From: Trueperaceae bacterium
GTDB lineage: Bacteria > Deinococcota > Deinococci > Deinococcales > Trueperaceae
Reading direction: 5' to 3'
Assembly: GCA_965213705.1 (NCBI GenBank)
Contig: OZ243913.1
Coordinates: 3,968,001 to 4,032,000, forward strand
Length of the DNA: 64,000 nucleotides
The notes below the pieces were generated by a model that saw nothing but the letters and a program-made list of their open reading frames with translations, was not told the DNA's origin and made no database searches. The position numbers and the translations under genes were made by a program. Shown here in pieces: positions 9,701-19,343 of the stretch (position 1 is its first letter; each line of letters begins with the position of its first letter).

Positions 9701-9763
9701 TTTGCACACCTGTGCAAAAGGTTGCACCCTTGTGTTGACCGAGTTTACACCGCGTGATACGTT
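9701..9763 (+). promoter_or_regulatory. Operator palindrome(s) and sigma70 promoter of the ulaG operon
   Basis: Perfect TTTGCACA-cc-TGTGCAAA (9701-9718), degenerate copy at 9721-9738; TTGACC (9735)-17 nt-TACGTT (9758) with extended TG. Confidence 0.75.
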
Positions 9764-9853
9764 TTGGTAACAAACAATCTTTTTCGCCCGCACCGGCCGT
9801 AAAGTGCCGTAGGTACGTCGCGGACGAGCCCTGAATAGCAAGGAGCCGCAAGG

Positions 9854-10918
9854 TTGAGCAAAGTCAACGAACTGACGAGAGAAAACTGGATACTGAGCAC
9901 CTTCCCCGAATGGGGCACCTGGCTCAACGAAGAAATTGAGGCCGAGACCGTTTCCCCCGGCACCTTTGCGATGTGGTGGCTCGGCTGCACCGGTATCTGG
10001 CTCAAGACCGAGGGCGGCGCGAACCTTTGCTTCGACCTGTGGGTGGGCAGCGGCAAGCGTTCGCAAAAGCTGCCCGACATGACCCCCGACCACCAGCACC
10101 GCCGCGCCATCGGCGCGGTGCAGATTCAGCCGAACCTGCGCAACGCGCCCTGCGTGCTGGACCCCTTCGCGATTCGCGAAATCGACGCGGTGCTCGCCAC
10201 CCACCACCACAGCGACCACATCGACGTGAACGTGGCGGCGGCGGTCGTGCAAAACTGCGGCCCGCACGTGCAGTTTATCGGGCCTGAGACCTGCACCGAC
10301 CTGTGGAAAAAGTGGGGCGTACCCGAGGAGAGGTGCGTGACGGTGCGACCGGGCGACAGCGTGACGGTCAAGGACACGGAAGTTATAGCGCTCGAGTCCT
10401 TCGACCGCACCGTGCTCGTGACCGCGCCCAAAGGCGTCGTGTTGAAAGACCAACCTGTCCAGGACATGGACCGGTCGGCGGTGAACTACCTCGTGAAAAC
10501 CCCCGGCGGCAGCCTATACCACGGCGGCGACTCGCACTACTCGAATTGGTACGCCAAGCACGGCCAGGACTTTTCTATCGACGTGGCGCTGGGCTCGTTC
10601 GGCGACAACCCCGTCGGCATGACCGACAAAATGACTTCCGTAGACCTGCTTAAGATGGCCGAGAGTTTGCAAGCGCAAGTGGTTATCCCCGTTCACCACG
10701 ACATTTGGAGCAATTTTCAGGCCGACACCAACGAGATTTTGGTGCTCTGGAACATGCGCAAACACCGGCACAAGTACGCGTTCAAACCCTTCATCTGGCA
10801 AGTCGGTGGTAAGTTCACCTATCCAGCCGACAAGGACGCGTTGCAGTTCAACTACCGGCGCGGTTTCGAAGACGCTTTTACGAGCGAGCCCGATTTACCG
10901 TTCAAGGCGCTGCTCTAG
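9854..10918 (+). CDS. ulaG: L-ascorbate-6-phosphate lactonase
   Basis: Signature N-terminus [53 protein letters not shown]. Confidence 0.93.
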   Translation: MSKVNELTRENWILSTFPEWGTWLNEEIEAETVSPGTFAMWWLGCTGIWLKTEGGANLCFDLWVGSGKRSQKLPDMTPDHQHRRAIGAVQIQPNLRNAPCVLDPFAIREIDAVLATHHHSDHIDVNVAAAVVQNCGPHVQFIGPETCTDLWKKWGVPEERCVTVRPGDSVTVKDTEVIALESFDRTVLVTAPKGVVLKDQPVQDMDRSAVNYLVKTPGGSLYHGGDSHYSNWYAKHGQDFSIDVALGSFGDNPVGMTDKMTSVDLLKMAESLQAQVVIPVHHDIWSNFQADTNEILVLWNMRKHRHKYAFKPFIWQVGGKFTYPADKDALQFNYRRGFEDAFTSEPDLPFKALL

Positions 10919-11032
10919 CAGGTTTCATCAGGGAAGTTTTTTCATCAGGGAAGTTCCCGGCAGCCCCCCGCCGGTAGCTACAAAGGAGAAAGTCGTGACC
11001 AAAGTTCTAGCCGTTCTAGCAAAGGAGAACAA

Positions 11033-12367
11033 ATGAAAAGTGTTCGCATTTTAGGCTTGCTGCTCTTAGCGACGTTGGGTTTGTCGTTTGCACAGCCCTA
11101 CGCAGACTATGAAGGCACGACCATCGTCGTGAGCTGGCCCGCCCTGGGTCACTTCGAGGCGGCCGCCACGCTCATCCCACAGTTCACCGAGGAAACGGGC
11201 ATCGAGGTCGAACTCGATCTAACCCAATACCTCAACATGAAAGACCGCCAAATCACCGAGATTTCCAAACCCGGCTCGGGTGACTTAGACGTGGTTTCGT
11301 GGGTGGTGTTTACCAAAAACGAGTACGTGGCGAACCAGTGGCTCGAGCCCCTGGCCCCCTACCTCAACAACCCGCGACTCACCATGCCCGACTACGACAT
11401 TGCCGACATCGTCCCCGCCTACCTCACCAACGGCGGCAAGTCCGGCGGGCGCAAGGGTTACTTAGAAGGTCCCGGCGCGTCGCTCTACGGCATCCCGTTC
11501 AGCCCCGAGACGAGCATCCTGGCCTACCGCACCGACATCTTCGACGAGTACGACTTAGAAGTTCCTACGACCTACGACGAACTGCTTGAGACCGCGCAGT
11601 TCATCACTGATAACGTACCCGGCGTCTACGGCATGACCACGCGCGGCTCGGCCGGGCACCAGGTCGTCCACGCCTGGCTGCTACACCTGTCGCCCCTGGG
11701 CGGCACCGTGCTGGACGACAACTACAACCCCGTCGTGAACTCGCCCGAGGCGATTCAGGCGGTCGAGACGCTGCAGACGATTCTCGAGAACTCCCCTCCC
11801 GGTGCCGAAGCGAACGGCGCGGGCGAGCAGGACGCGGCGTTTTTACAAGGTGATTCCGCCATGTACTTAGACCGCATGGCAATCGCGCCGATGGTCTCGA
11901 ACCCGGAAGTCTCCAACGTCGTCGGCAAAGTCGGCTACGCGCTCCACCCCACCGCCGCGACCTGCGGCAGTGAGACGGGGGGCTTTGCAATGGGCATTCC
12001 CTCGAACTCGCAAAACAAAGAAGCCGCGTGGCTCTTCATCCAGTGGTTTACGAGCAAGATGGGCGACCGGATGATTGTCGACGCGGGCGGTAACCCCATG
12101 CGCATGTCGACCCTCGCCGACCCCGAACTGCAAGCCGCGCACCCCGAGTTCCCGGTCGTCTTGGAGCAGCTGGAGTGCGCCAACGCCGACTGGCGGCCCC
12201 TCATCCCCGAGTGGCCCGCGATGAACGCGCCGATTTTGGGTGAAGAGATTTCAGCCGCGCTCACCGGCCAAAAGAGCATCGAAGACGCGATGAACTCCGC
12301 CAACGACCGCCTGCGCGAACTCCTCGACCGCGCCGGTTACTACAGCTGGGGCTCGAGCCAACAATAA
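11033..12367 (+). CDS. Sugar ABC transporter substrate-binding protein (CUT1)
   Basis: Signal peptide, FTEETGIEV, YRTDIF, NKEAAWLFIQW. Confidence 0.92.
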   Translation: MKSVRILGLLLLATLGLSFAQPYADYEGTTIVVSWPALGHFEAAATLIPQFTEETGIEVELDLTQYLNMKDRQITEISKPGSGDLDVVSWVVFTKNEYVANQWLEPLAPYLNNPRLTMPDYDIADIVPAYLTNGGKSGGRKGYLEGPGASLYGIPFSPETSILAYRTDIFDEYDLEVPTTYDELLETAQFITDNVPGVYGMTTRGSAGHQVVHAWLLHLSPLGGTVLDDNYNPVVNSPEAIQAVETLQTILENSPPGAEANGAGEQDAAFLQGDSAMYLDRMAIAPMVSNPEVSNVVGKVGYALHPTAATCGSETGGFAMGIPSNSQNKEAAWLFIQWFTSKMGDRMIVDAGGNPMRMSTLADPELQAAHPEFPVVLEQLECANADWRPLIPEWPAMNAPILGEEISAALTGQKSIEDAMNSANDRLRELLDRAGYYSWGSSQQ

Positions 12368-12378
12368 ACTCTAAAAAG

Positions 12379-12501
12379 TCCCCCTTTGAGGGGGATTTAG
12401 GGGGTCTCACCGAGTCTCAAAGCTTGAAAGACCCCCACCTGAACACCCCGGCTCGAGTGAGACCCCTCCGCCCTGCGGGCACCTCCCCTCAAAGGGGAGG
12501 T
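12379..12501. repeat. Inverted pair of REP-like elements between SBP and permease
   Basis: tccccctttgagggggatttagggggtctcac ... gtgagacccctccgccctgcgggcacctcccctcaaaggggaggt. Confidence 0.75.
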
Positions 12502-12551
12502 CAAAAATTTCTCGGGCCTCCCCTTTATTGAGAGCACGTTGAGAGAATATT

Positions 12552-13460
12552 ATGCGCACGAACAGAGCCGTCCCCTATCTTTTTTTACTTCCCGCCGTCG
12601 CCATCCTGGTGCTCGGCCTCATGGTGCCGCTCTACAACTCGCTGGTGCTCAGTTTCTACGACTGGAACTTTGGGCAGGCGTGGGCGGACAAGGATTATTT
12701 GGGCTTTCAAAATTTCCGCCGTCTCCTCACCGACCCGGTCGTGTGGGCGTCGGTGCGCACGACGTTTATATTTGGTTTTTGGGTCGTGCTGTTGGAGATG
12801 ATTATCGGCGTCGGGCTGGCGCTGCTTTTAGAAAAGCCGGTGCGCGGGGCGTCGTTCTTTCGGACCATCTTCGTGCTGCCGCTGATGATTGCGCCCATCG
12901 TAGTGGGCCTCGTGTGGCGCTACCTGCTCGACGCGCGCAACGGAGTCATCAACTATTATCTCGAGGCCGTCGGCAACGCCCTCCCCTTTTTGCAAAACCT
13001 CGGTTTCGACAGACAGGAATGGCTCGCCAAACCCGACCTGGCGATGCTCTCAATCGTCGTCAGCGACGTGTGGCAGTGGACGCCGTTCATTTTTATGATT
13101 GCGCTGGCCGGGTTGCAAGGTTTGCCGAGCAACATCGTCGAGGCGTCGCACATCGACGGGGCGAACTGGTGGCAGATGACCTGGAACATCAAACTGCCGA
13201 TGATGCGCAACATCCTCCTCATCGCGCTGCTGATGCGAATTATCGACGTGTTCCGGGCGCTCGAAGTCATCTACATCATGACCAACGGCGGGCCGGGCGC
13301 TTCGACACGGGTGCTGTCGCTGCTGCTTTTCCAAACCGCCTTCACCTCGCAAGACCTGGGCTACGCCGCGACGATTGCGGTGCTGCTGAGCGTTATCTTA
13401 ATCGTGCTCAGCGTGCTGCTGATGCTCTACAACAACCCGCTGAAAGACCGGGCGGTCTAG
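12552..13460 (+). CDS. Carbohydrate ABC transporter permease
   Basis: Multiple TM segments; EAA loop (EASHIDGANWWQ). Confidence 0.93.
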   Translation: MRTNRAVPYLFLLPAVAILVLGLMVPLYNSLVLSFYDWNFGQAWADKDYLGFQNFRRLLTDPVVWASVRTTFIFGFWVVLLEMIIGVGLALLLEKPVRGASFFRTIFVLPLMIAPIVVGLVWRYLLDARNGVINYYLEAVGNALPFLQNLGFDRQEWLAKPDLAMLSIVVSDVWQWTPFIFMIALAGLQGLPSNIVEASHIDGANWWQMTWNIKLPMMRNILLIALLMRIIDVFRALEVIYIMTNGGPGASTRVLSLLLFQTAFTSQDLGYAATIAVLLSVILIVLSVLLMLYNNPLKDRAV

Positions 13461-14399
13461 GTGCAGCAGACCGTCCAACGCGGCTTGGAAAAGCGCGAAC
13501 AGAAGGCGCGCAACGCCCCCGTCAAAAGCGGTGACGTATGGCGCTACATTGCACTGGTAACCCTGGCGCTCGTCACGCTCGCGCCTATTTTTGTGATGTT
13601 CGCGACCTCACTCAAACTTCCCGTGGAGATTCAGTCTCGAGTTCCCCGCTGGATTTTCATGCCCACGGTGAGCAACTATACCGAAGTCATCACGCAGTAC
13701 CGGATGATTCCCTACCTCGTCTCGTCGCTCGTCATCGCGTTGGGTTCGACCTTTTTCACGCTTCTCACGGCGGGCATGGCGGCGTTTGCGCTGGCGCGGA
13801 TGCGCTTTCCGGGGCGCGGAATAATCGCGCAGACGACGCTCGTGATTCGCATGATTCCCCCGGCGGTCATCGCGGTGGCGGTCATCGGTTTCTGGATTTC
13901 GTGGAACATCAGCGACGTTTCCGAAGGCGTGCGTTTCAACTTACCCAACGGCCTCGGGCGAGGCGACCTGTTCGACGGCTCGCAACTCGGGCTGATGCTG
14001 TTTTACACGGCGCTCAACCTGCCCTTTTCGGTGTGGCTGCTGTTCGGCTTCATCCAGCAGATTCCGGTGGAGTTGGAAGAGGCGGCCATCGTCGATGGCG
14101 CGAACCTGCTGCAAGTCTTGTTCCGCGTGATTTTCCCGCTCATGGGCGGCGGCTTCGCGGTCTCGGCGATTTTTACCTTTCGCATCGCCTGGAACGAGTT
14201 CATCCTGGCGCTCTTTTTGACAAGTCGCTACACCAAAACGCTGCCCGTGTTCGCGTCGGAATTTATCCGCGACGACGGTGTGCTCTGGGGCCAGATGATG
14301 GCGGTCGGCAGCCTCATCGCCATTCCGCCCCTCATCATCACCTTTTTCGCCGCCAAGCAGATTATTGCGGGAATGACGGCGGGGGCGGTGAAGGGGTAG
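13461..14399 (+). CDS. Carbohydrate ABC transporter permease
   Basis: EEAAIVDGA EAA loop; ends GMTAGAVKG. Confidence 0.93.
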   Translation: MQQTVQRGLEKREQKARNAPVKSGDVWRYIALVTLALVTLAPIFVMFATSLKLPVEIQSRVPRWIFMPTVSNYTEVITQYRMIPYLVSSLVIALGSTFFTLLTAGMAAFALARMRFPGRGIIAQTTLVIRMIPPAVIAVAVIGFWISWNISDVSEGVRFNLPNGLGRGDLFDGSQLGLMLFYTALNLPFSVWLLFGFIQQIPVELEEAAIVDGANLLQVLFRVIFPLMGGGFAVSAIFTFRIAWNEFILALFLTSRYTKTLPVFASEFIRDDGVLWGQMMAVGSLIAIPPLIITFFAAKQIIAGMTAGAVKG

Positions 14400-14408
14400 G
14401 GCAAACCC

Positions 14409-14450
14409 GACCCCTCAGTCTCTTCGAGCCAGCTCCCCTAAAAAGGGAGC
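14409..14450. repeat. REP-like element copy
   Basis: gacccctc...gctcccctaaaaagggagc. Confidence 0.65.
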
Positions 14451-14528
14451 CAAGAGAGTACGGCCAGTTTGATTATCCTCACTCGTATCTGTCATCGGAA
14501 AAGACCAAATAATCCCTGAAGGGACACC

Positions 14529-15188
14529 ATGAAACCCAAACTCCAGCTCGCTCTCGACATGTTCGACCTGCCCGCGGCACTCTCACCTCTGCAAAAAGCT
14601 CACAAACACATCGACATCGTCGAGTGCGGGACGATTCTTTGTTTGTCGGAGGGGATGCACGCGGTGCGGGCGGTAAAGAGTTTGTTCCCGGACAAAATCG
14701 TCCTCGCCGACGTGCGGATTGCCGAGGCGGGGGGCATCATTTCCAAAATGTGTTTCGACGCTGGAGCCGATTGGGTGACGGTGGTGAGCGGCGCGGCCCC
14801 GGCGAGTGCGGAGGTCGTCTTAAAAGAAGCGCGGAGTCGTGGGCGGGACATGCAAATCGAACTCAGCGACGGTTGGACGTGGGACCAGGTCGAGCACTGG
14901 CGCGCTCTCGGCGTGGGCCAAATCATCACCAAACGCAGCCGCGACGGCGAGGCCAAGGGCGAGTTGAGCTGGCAAGACGGCGACCTGAAAACCGTTCAGC
15001 GGTTGCACGACATGGGTTACAAGGTCTCGGTGGCGGGCGGCGTGACCGCTGAGGACGTGGCGCGGTTCGAGGGTGTGCCGGTCTACGCCTTTATCGTCGG
15101 GCGGGCGATTTACGGCGCGGACGACCCGGCGGGGGCGGCTGAAACTTTTCAGGAAGCCGTTTCTAAAACCTACGGCGCGGCGGTCTAG
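14529..15188 (+). CDS. ulaD: 3-keto-L-gulonate-6-phosphate decarboxylase (OMPDC/HPS superfamily)
   Basis: PKLQLALD, IVECGTILCLSEGMHAVR, GADWVTV, RSRD, FIVGRAI; in the ulaG operon. Confidence 0.85.
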   Translation: MKPKLQLALDMFDLPAALSPLQKAHKHIDIVECGTILCLSEGMHAVRAVKSLFPDKIVLADVRIAEAGGIISKMCFDAGADWVTVVSGAAPASAEVVLKEARSRGRDMQIELSDGWTWDQVEHWRALGVGQIITKRSRDGEAKGELSWQDGDLKTVQRLHDMGYKVSVAGGVTAEDVARFEGVPVYAFIVGRAIYGADDPAGAAETFQEAVSKTYGAAV

Positions 15189-15301
15189 CGTGCGCGGCGA
15201 CGAGAAACCGGGACTCGAGCCTTCATCCCCGCACCCGAAGCGTTAGGCTGAGGCGTGTGTAAGGTGATTTTCCTTCACGTTTTACCGGACGTGCCCTGAC
15301 C

Positions 15302-16261
15302 ATGCCCCGCTTCGACGTCACCACCATCGGCGAGGGGCAACTGCGGCTTTGCGTCCCGGCGGGGACGCGGCTCGAGCAGGCCAGACAGTTCGACGTTCAC
15401 ACCTCCGGCACCGAGGCTAATGTCACTTGCACGCTGTCGCGTTTGGGCTGGAGTTGCGGCTGGGTGAGCGCCCTGCCGGACACGCCCCTGGGCCGCCGCG
15501 TGGCGGGCGAGTACCGCTTTACCGGCCTGGACCTAACAGCCGTGAAATGGTCGCACGACCACCGCTTGGCAACCTACTACGTCGAGTATGCGGTGCCGCC
15601 CCGCTCGACGCAAGTGTATTACGACCGGGCGGGCACCTGTTTTACACAACTCACAGTCAGGGACATCGACTGGGATTACTTGCTCGACACACGGTTGCTG
15701 CACCTTTCAGGTTTGAGCATGGCGCTTTGCACCAACATTCAAGAGGTGTTGACCGAGGCGGCCGCGCGTGCGAAGGCGGCGGGCGTGCCGGTCAGCTTCG
15801 ACATGAACTACCGCAGCCGTTTGTGGGCGCCGCAGCGGGCGAGGGACTTGACCGAGCCGCTGGTGCGCAACGTGGATGTTCTTTTTTGTGGGCGCGCCGA
15901 CGCCGCACAGGTGTTCGGTTGCAGGGGTACACCCCAGGAAATGGTCGCGCAACTGGGTCAGCTGACCGACGCCCGGTACATCGTCATGAGCATGTCACAC
16001 GAAGGGTTGATGGGCTGGGACGGCCACACCTACAGCCACGTGCCCGCTCGAGACGTCGTCATCCTAGACCGGATAGGCGCAGGCGACGCGATGGTGGCGG
16101 GCGTGCTGCACGGCTACCTGCAGGGCGAGTTCACCAAGGGTTTGGAGTACGGCGCGCTGACCGCCGCGCTTTCCTTGAGCCAGTACGGCGACCAGCCGGT
16201 GACGAACCGTCAAGAGTTGGAGCAGTTGCTGGTGCGGGGCGGCGGCGACATCGTCCGCTAA
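15302..16261 (+). CDS. PfkB family sugar(-acid) kinase, KDG-kinase-like
   Basis: GTEANV, SFDMNYRSRLW, DRIGAGDAM PfkB signature. Confidence 0.9.
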   Translation: MPRFDVTTIGEGQLRLCVPAGTRLEQARQFDVHTSGTEANVTCTLSRLGWSCGWVSALPDTPLGRRVAGEYRFTGLDLTAVKWSHDHRLATYYVEYAVPPRSTQVYYDRAGTCFTQLTVRDIDWDYLLDTRLLHLSGLSMALCTNIQEVLTEAAARAKAAGVPVSFDMNYRSRLWAPQRARDLTEPLVRNVDVLFCGRADAAQVFGCRGTPQEMVAQLGQLTDARYIVMSMSHEGLMGWDGHTYSHVPARDVVILDRIGAGDAMVAGVLHGYLQGEFTKGLEYGALTAALSLSQYGDQPVTNRQELEQLLVRGGGDIVR

Positions 16262-16677
16262 TGCGTTTCGGCCTTTTTGTCGAGGCGGGCTTTCAATAAC
16301 AAGCTCAAACTACCGAACAAGACCAGTGCCAAGCCACTTACAACGGCGACGACGTTCCGTGCAAAGCGGACGGTCTTCATTTGCCAGGGGTAGATGTCGT
16401 TCTCGAGCAGGTAGGTTTCGTTCAGAAAACGGACCGGCTCGCCGCGGGCATCGGTACTTTCTATAAACGCCTTTTTATCGAACACGAGGTACATGTTCGC
16501 GCCGCCTACGGGCGTGCCAACCTCGCCGAGGAGGGCGGCCGTGGCTTCACCGAAGGGGACGACGCGCTGCACCGTCTCAGCCTGACGCCCCAGCCAAAAG
16601 GTAGCGAGCAGTGCAAAAATCATGACCAAGGCGGCAAGGAGCGCCGTTCCCGCGCTGAGGCTCGCCAAGCGTTTCAC
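16258..16677 (-). CDS. Membrane protein (2 TM)
   Basis: Two hydrophobic segments; abuts the yceI-like gene. Confidence 0.7.
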   Translation of the reverse strand: MKRLASLSAGTALLAALVMIFALLATFWLGRQAETVQRVVPFGEATAALLGEVGTPVGGANMYLVFDKKAFIESTDARGEPVRFLNETYLLENDIYPWQMKTVRFARNVVAVVSGLALVLFGSLSLLLKARLDKKAETH

Positions 16678-17274
16678 CTAGTCACTCGCGGAGGCGAAGA
16701 GAGTCACGCTCAGCTCGAGTTCGTCAGCGATACTGTCGGTTCCGTAAGCGGTGTTGTCTATTCCGTAGTCGCTCAGCTTGACGATAAAAGTAGTTTTAAC
16801 CGAGAGGATGTCGCCTCTAAAGCCCGCCGCTTTCGTTTCCTCGCTCTCGAGCAGCGAGCGCACGGTTGCCGTGGCCGTCAGCGGCGCGACGCCGCCACTC
16901 ATCGCGAGGCTGCCCGTAATCTTGTAGCGGTCGTTCCCCAAGGGCGTCACACTTTCTAAGTCCAGACGGACTTCGGGATAAGTGTCGAAGTTCAGCCATT
17001 TTCCGCTGCGCATGTTTTGGTCACGCCCGCGGCTGCCCGTGTCGATGGTGGTCGCGTCCAGACTGACGTAGCCCGAACCCGTCTGTGTCGTGGAATCGAA
17101 GCCGATTTCGCCCGTGAGCGCGCTCGAGGTGCCGCTGAAGTCTTCGGCGGGGGTGCTTGAGTTCACGACCATCACGCTTCTACCGTCGGTTCCCCCGGCA
17201 CCGACGACGTACTGGGGCTGCGCCAGACTGAAACCCGACAGTAAAAGGCACAGAAGAAATGGCACCGACTTCAC
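16678..17274 (-). CDS. Secreted YceI family protein
   Basis: Signal peptide after GTG 17274 (overlaps the cupin stop); IDTG...RDQNMR...F..YPE; LSDYGI. Confidence 0.85.
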   Translation of the reverse strand: MKSVPFLLCLLLSGFSLAQPQYVVGAGGTDGRSVMVVNSSTPAEDFSGTSSALTGEIGFDSTTQTGSGYVSLDATTIDTGSRGRDQNMRSGKWLNFDTYPEVRLDLESVTPLGNDRYKITGSLAMSGGVAPLTATATVRSLLESEETKAAGFRGDILSVKTTFIVKLSDYGIDNTAYGTDSIADELELSVTLFASASD

Positions 17275-17714
17275 GGAGCCTCCAAAAAGGTCGCCCCTGT
17301 AGGCCCGAAGCCCACCTCTTGCACCGTGACACCTCCGTCTTTCGCCCACATGAAGTGAGGCACGCCTGCGGGCGTGTGGACGACCGAGCCGGCGGGATAG
17401 GGGATGAATTCGACCTCTTCCAAACTGTCGCCCACCCCGAAATACATTGTCCCGGACACCACGATGGTAAAGCGGTCGTCGGGGTGCGTGTGGCCGGGAA
17501 ACACGGCACCCGCGGGGATTTCACCGACCGAAGTGTAAAGTTCGGCGCGGTTGCCGTCCCCCAACAAGTTTGCGCTTCGCATACCTTGGACGAGCGGAAC
17601 GTCTTGCCAGTCGAACGCCTCGGGTGTGACGGCGTCGTAGCCGTAACCTTGGCTCAGCCCGAAGGTGGCGAGGGCGGCCATTAGGGTGACTAGGATGAGT
17701 CTCGAGACAGTCAT
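17271..17714 (-). CDS. Secreted cupin-domain protein
   Basis: Signal peptide; HTHPDDR...PAGVPHF cupin motifs; AAGGAG SD. Confidence 0.85.
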   Translation of the reverse strand: MTVSRLILVTLMAALATFGLSQGYGYDAVTPEAFDWQDVPLVQGMRSANLLGDGNRAELYTSVGEIPAGAVFPGHTHPDDRFTIVVSGTMYFGVGDSLEEVEFIPYPAGSVVHTPAGVPHFMWAKDGGVTVQEVGFGPTGATFLEAP

Positions 17715-17740
17715 GTCAACTCCTTTAAAAGAATGCGTAA

Positions 17741-17756
17741 TGGAACGATTGGTCAA
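17741..17756. promoter_or_regulatory. Putative TetR operator 2
   Basis: TGGAACGATTGGTCAA, 12/16 identical to the site at 18392. Confidence 0.6.
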
Positions 17757-17771
17757 AAACAAGCCAAAAAA

Positions 17772-18353
17772 TTAGTCGAGAACGCTGAGGGTGATGTCGA
17801 TGATGTCTTGCAAGGTTTCACGTTCGGGTCCGCGGCGGGCGCGAACTCTCAGGCCGAGCACGGTGTTGTACAAAAAGCGTGCGAGGGCCTGCGGGTCTTT
17901 GTCGGCGGCGATTTCTCCCTTCTGCTGGGCTTGTCTGAGTGCTGCCGCGAACACAGCTTCTTTGTCCGCCTCGGCCTCGTTGAGCCGCTTTCTAAGTTGC
18001 GGGTCGTGCGGCGCGAGTTCGGTCGAGGTATTTACCGCCAGGCAACCGTAATAAAAATCGGTCGTCAGCGACGATTCGAGGAGGGTGTCGAAAAGCCGTC
18101 TGAAGCCTTCCTTGACGTCTTCGGAAGCCTCGAGTACCCCGAGCATTTTTGCGCCCTGCTGCGCCTGGTAACGCTCGAAAACGCTCAAGAACAGGTCGCG
18201 TTTGTTGCCAAACGAGTTGTACAAGCTCTGCTTCGCCAGGCTTGTCTCTTTGACCAACTCGTCAACCGAGGTCGCTTCGTAGCCCTGCCGCCAGAAAAGT
18301 TTCATGGCGCGCTCGAGCACCTCTTCACGGTCGTAGGTCTGGGGTCGTGCGAT
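17772..18353 (-). CDS. TetR family regulator (ComR/NemR-like), apparent ATC start
   Basis: (I)ARPQTYDREEVLERAMKLFWRQGYEATS...SLYNSFGNK; YYGCLAVN; AGGAGG 6 nt before the ATC. Confidence 0.9.
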   Translation of the reverse strand: MARPQTYDREEVLERAMKLFWRQGYEATSVDELVKETSLAKQSLYNSFGNKRDLFLSVFERYQAQQGAKMLGVLEASEDVKEGFRRLFDTLLESSLTTDFYYGCLAVNTSTELAPHDPQLRKRLNEAEADKEAVFAAALRQAQQKGEIAADKDPQALARFLYNTVLGLRVRARRGPERETLQDIIDITLSVLD

Positions 18354-18391
18354 GGCTCACCTCCTGTTGAAAGGATAGGCGATGCGAGTAT

Positions 18392-18407
18392 TAGAATGAT
18401 TAGTCTA
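18392..18407. promoter_or_regulatory. Putative TetR operator 1
   Basis: TAGAATGATTAGTCTA imperfect palindrome upstream of tetR. Confidence 0.6.
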
Positions 18408-18586
18408 TAACTGAAGTGCGCTTCAGACCTTTGGACTTCGTGGTGAGCAAAAGTAACAGGGGCTCGACTATTTCGCCGAGCCCTACTGCGAGAAAACCGT
18501 TTCAGTCAATCTCTCAGCTCTCGAGAAGACGGGTCAGAGTTTGTCCATTCAGCACCGCCCCACCAGAAAACTGCTCTGAAACATTC

Positions 18587-19342
18587 TCAGGCGCTCACCC
18601 CCGGCATCTTGCCCAAAATAATCATGCCCAGCACCTCGTCCTTGGTCACGTCCTCGGTGCGCACCGTCCCGACTAAGTGGCCGTTGTGCAACACCGTGAT
18701 GCGGTCACACAGGTCGAACACGTCGTGGATGTCGTGGCTGATTAAAAAGATGCCTATGCCTTCGCGCTTCAGGCCCTTAATGAGCTGGCCGACCTTCTCG
18801 GTCTCCTGCGGCCCGAGCGCGGCGGTGGGCTCGTCCATGATGAGAATTCGTGCGTTGAAGTAAATCGCCCGCCCGATGGCGATGGCTTGCCGCTGCCCGC
18901 CCGAGAGGTTGCGCACGTTGTCGCTCAGGGACTTTATTTTGAGGTCCAGGCGGTCCAAAACTTTGCGCGCCTCGGCCTCCATGCGGTCGTCGTCGACGGT
19001 GCCGAACGGCGTCATGAGTTCGCGGCCCAAAAAGACGTTCGCGGGCGCGGGCAGGTTCTCGGCCAACGCGAGTTGCTGGTAGATGGTTTCGATGCCCTGC
19101 GCCTTGGCGTCGCGCGGGCTGCGGATGGTGACCGGCTGGCCGTTCACGAACACTTCGCCCGCGTCGGCCTGGTAAGCCCCGGAGAGAATTTTGATAAGCG
19201 TGGACTTGCCCGCGCCGTTGTGGCCGAGCAGGCCCACCACCTCGTCGGGGTAGAGGTCTATCGAGACGCGCTCGAGGGCGTGCAGACCGCCGAACGACTT
19301 GGAGATGTTGCGCATTTCGATTAAGGGCGTCACGCCAGCCAC
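18587..19342 (-). CDS. Sugar ABC transporter ATPase (xylose-type, single domain)
   Basis: [19 protein letters not shown]. Confidence 0.93.
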   Translation of the reverse strand: MAGVTPLIEMRNISKSFGGLHALERVSIDLYPDEVVGLLGHNGAGKSTLIKILSGAYQADAGEVFVNGQPVTIRSPRDAKAQGIETIYQQLALAENLPAPANVFLGRELMTPFGTVDDDRMEAEARKVLDRLDLKIKSLSDNVRNLSGGQRQAIAIGRAIYFNARILIMDEPTAALGPQETEKVGQLIKGLKREGIGIFLISHDIHDVFDLCDRITVLHNGHLVGTVRTEDVTKDEVLGMIILGKMPGVSA

Positions 19343-19343
19343 C

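Noticed and set aside
9665..10453. N-terminal extension of the SorC ORF to 582 aa
   Set aside because: Overlaps ulaG antisense and the promoter region; the HTH begins just after ATG 9664.
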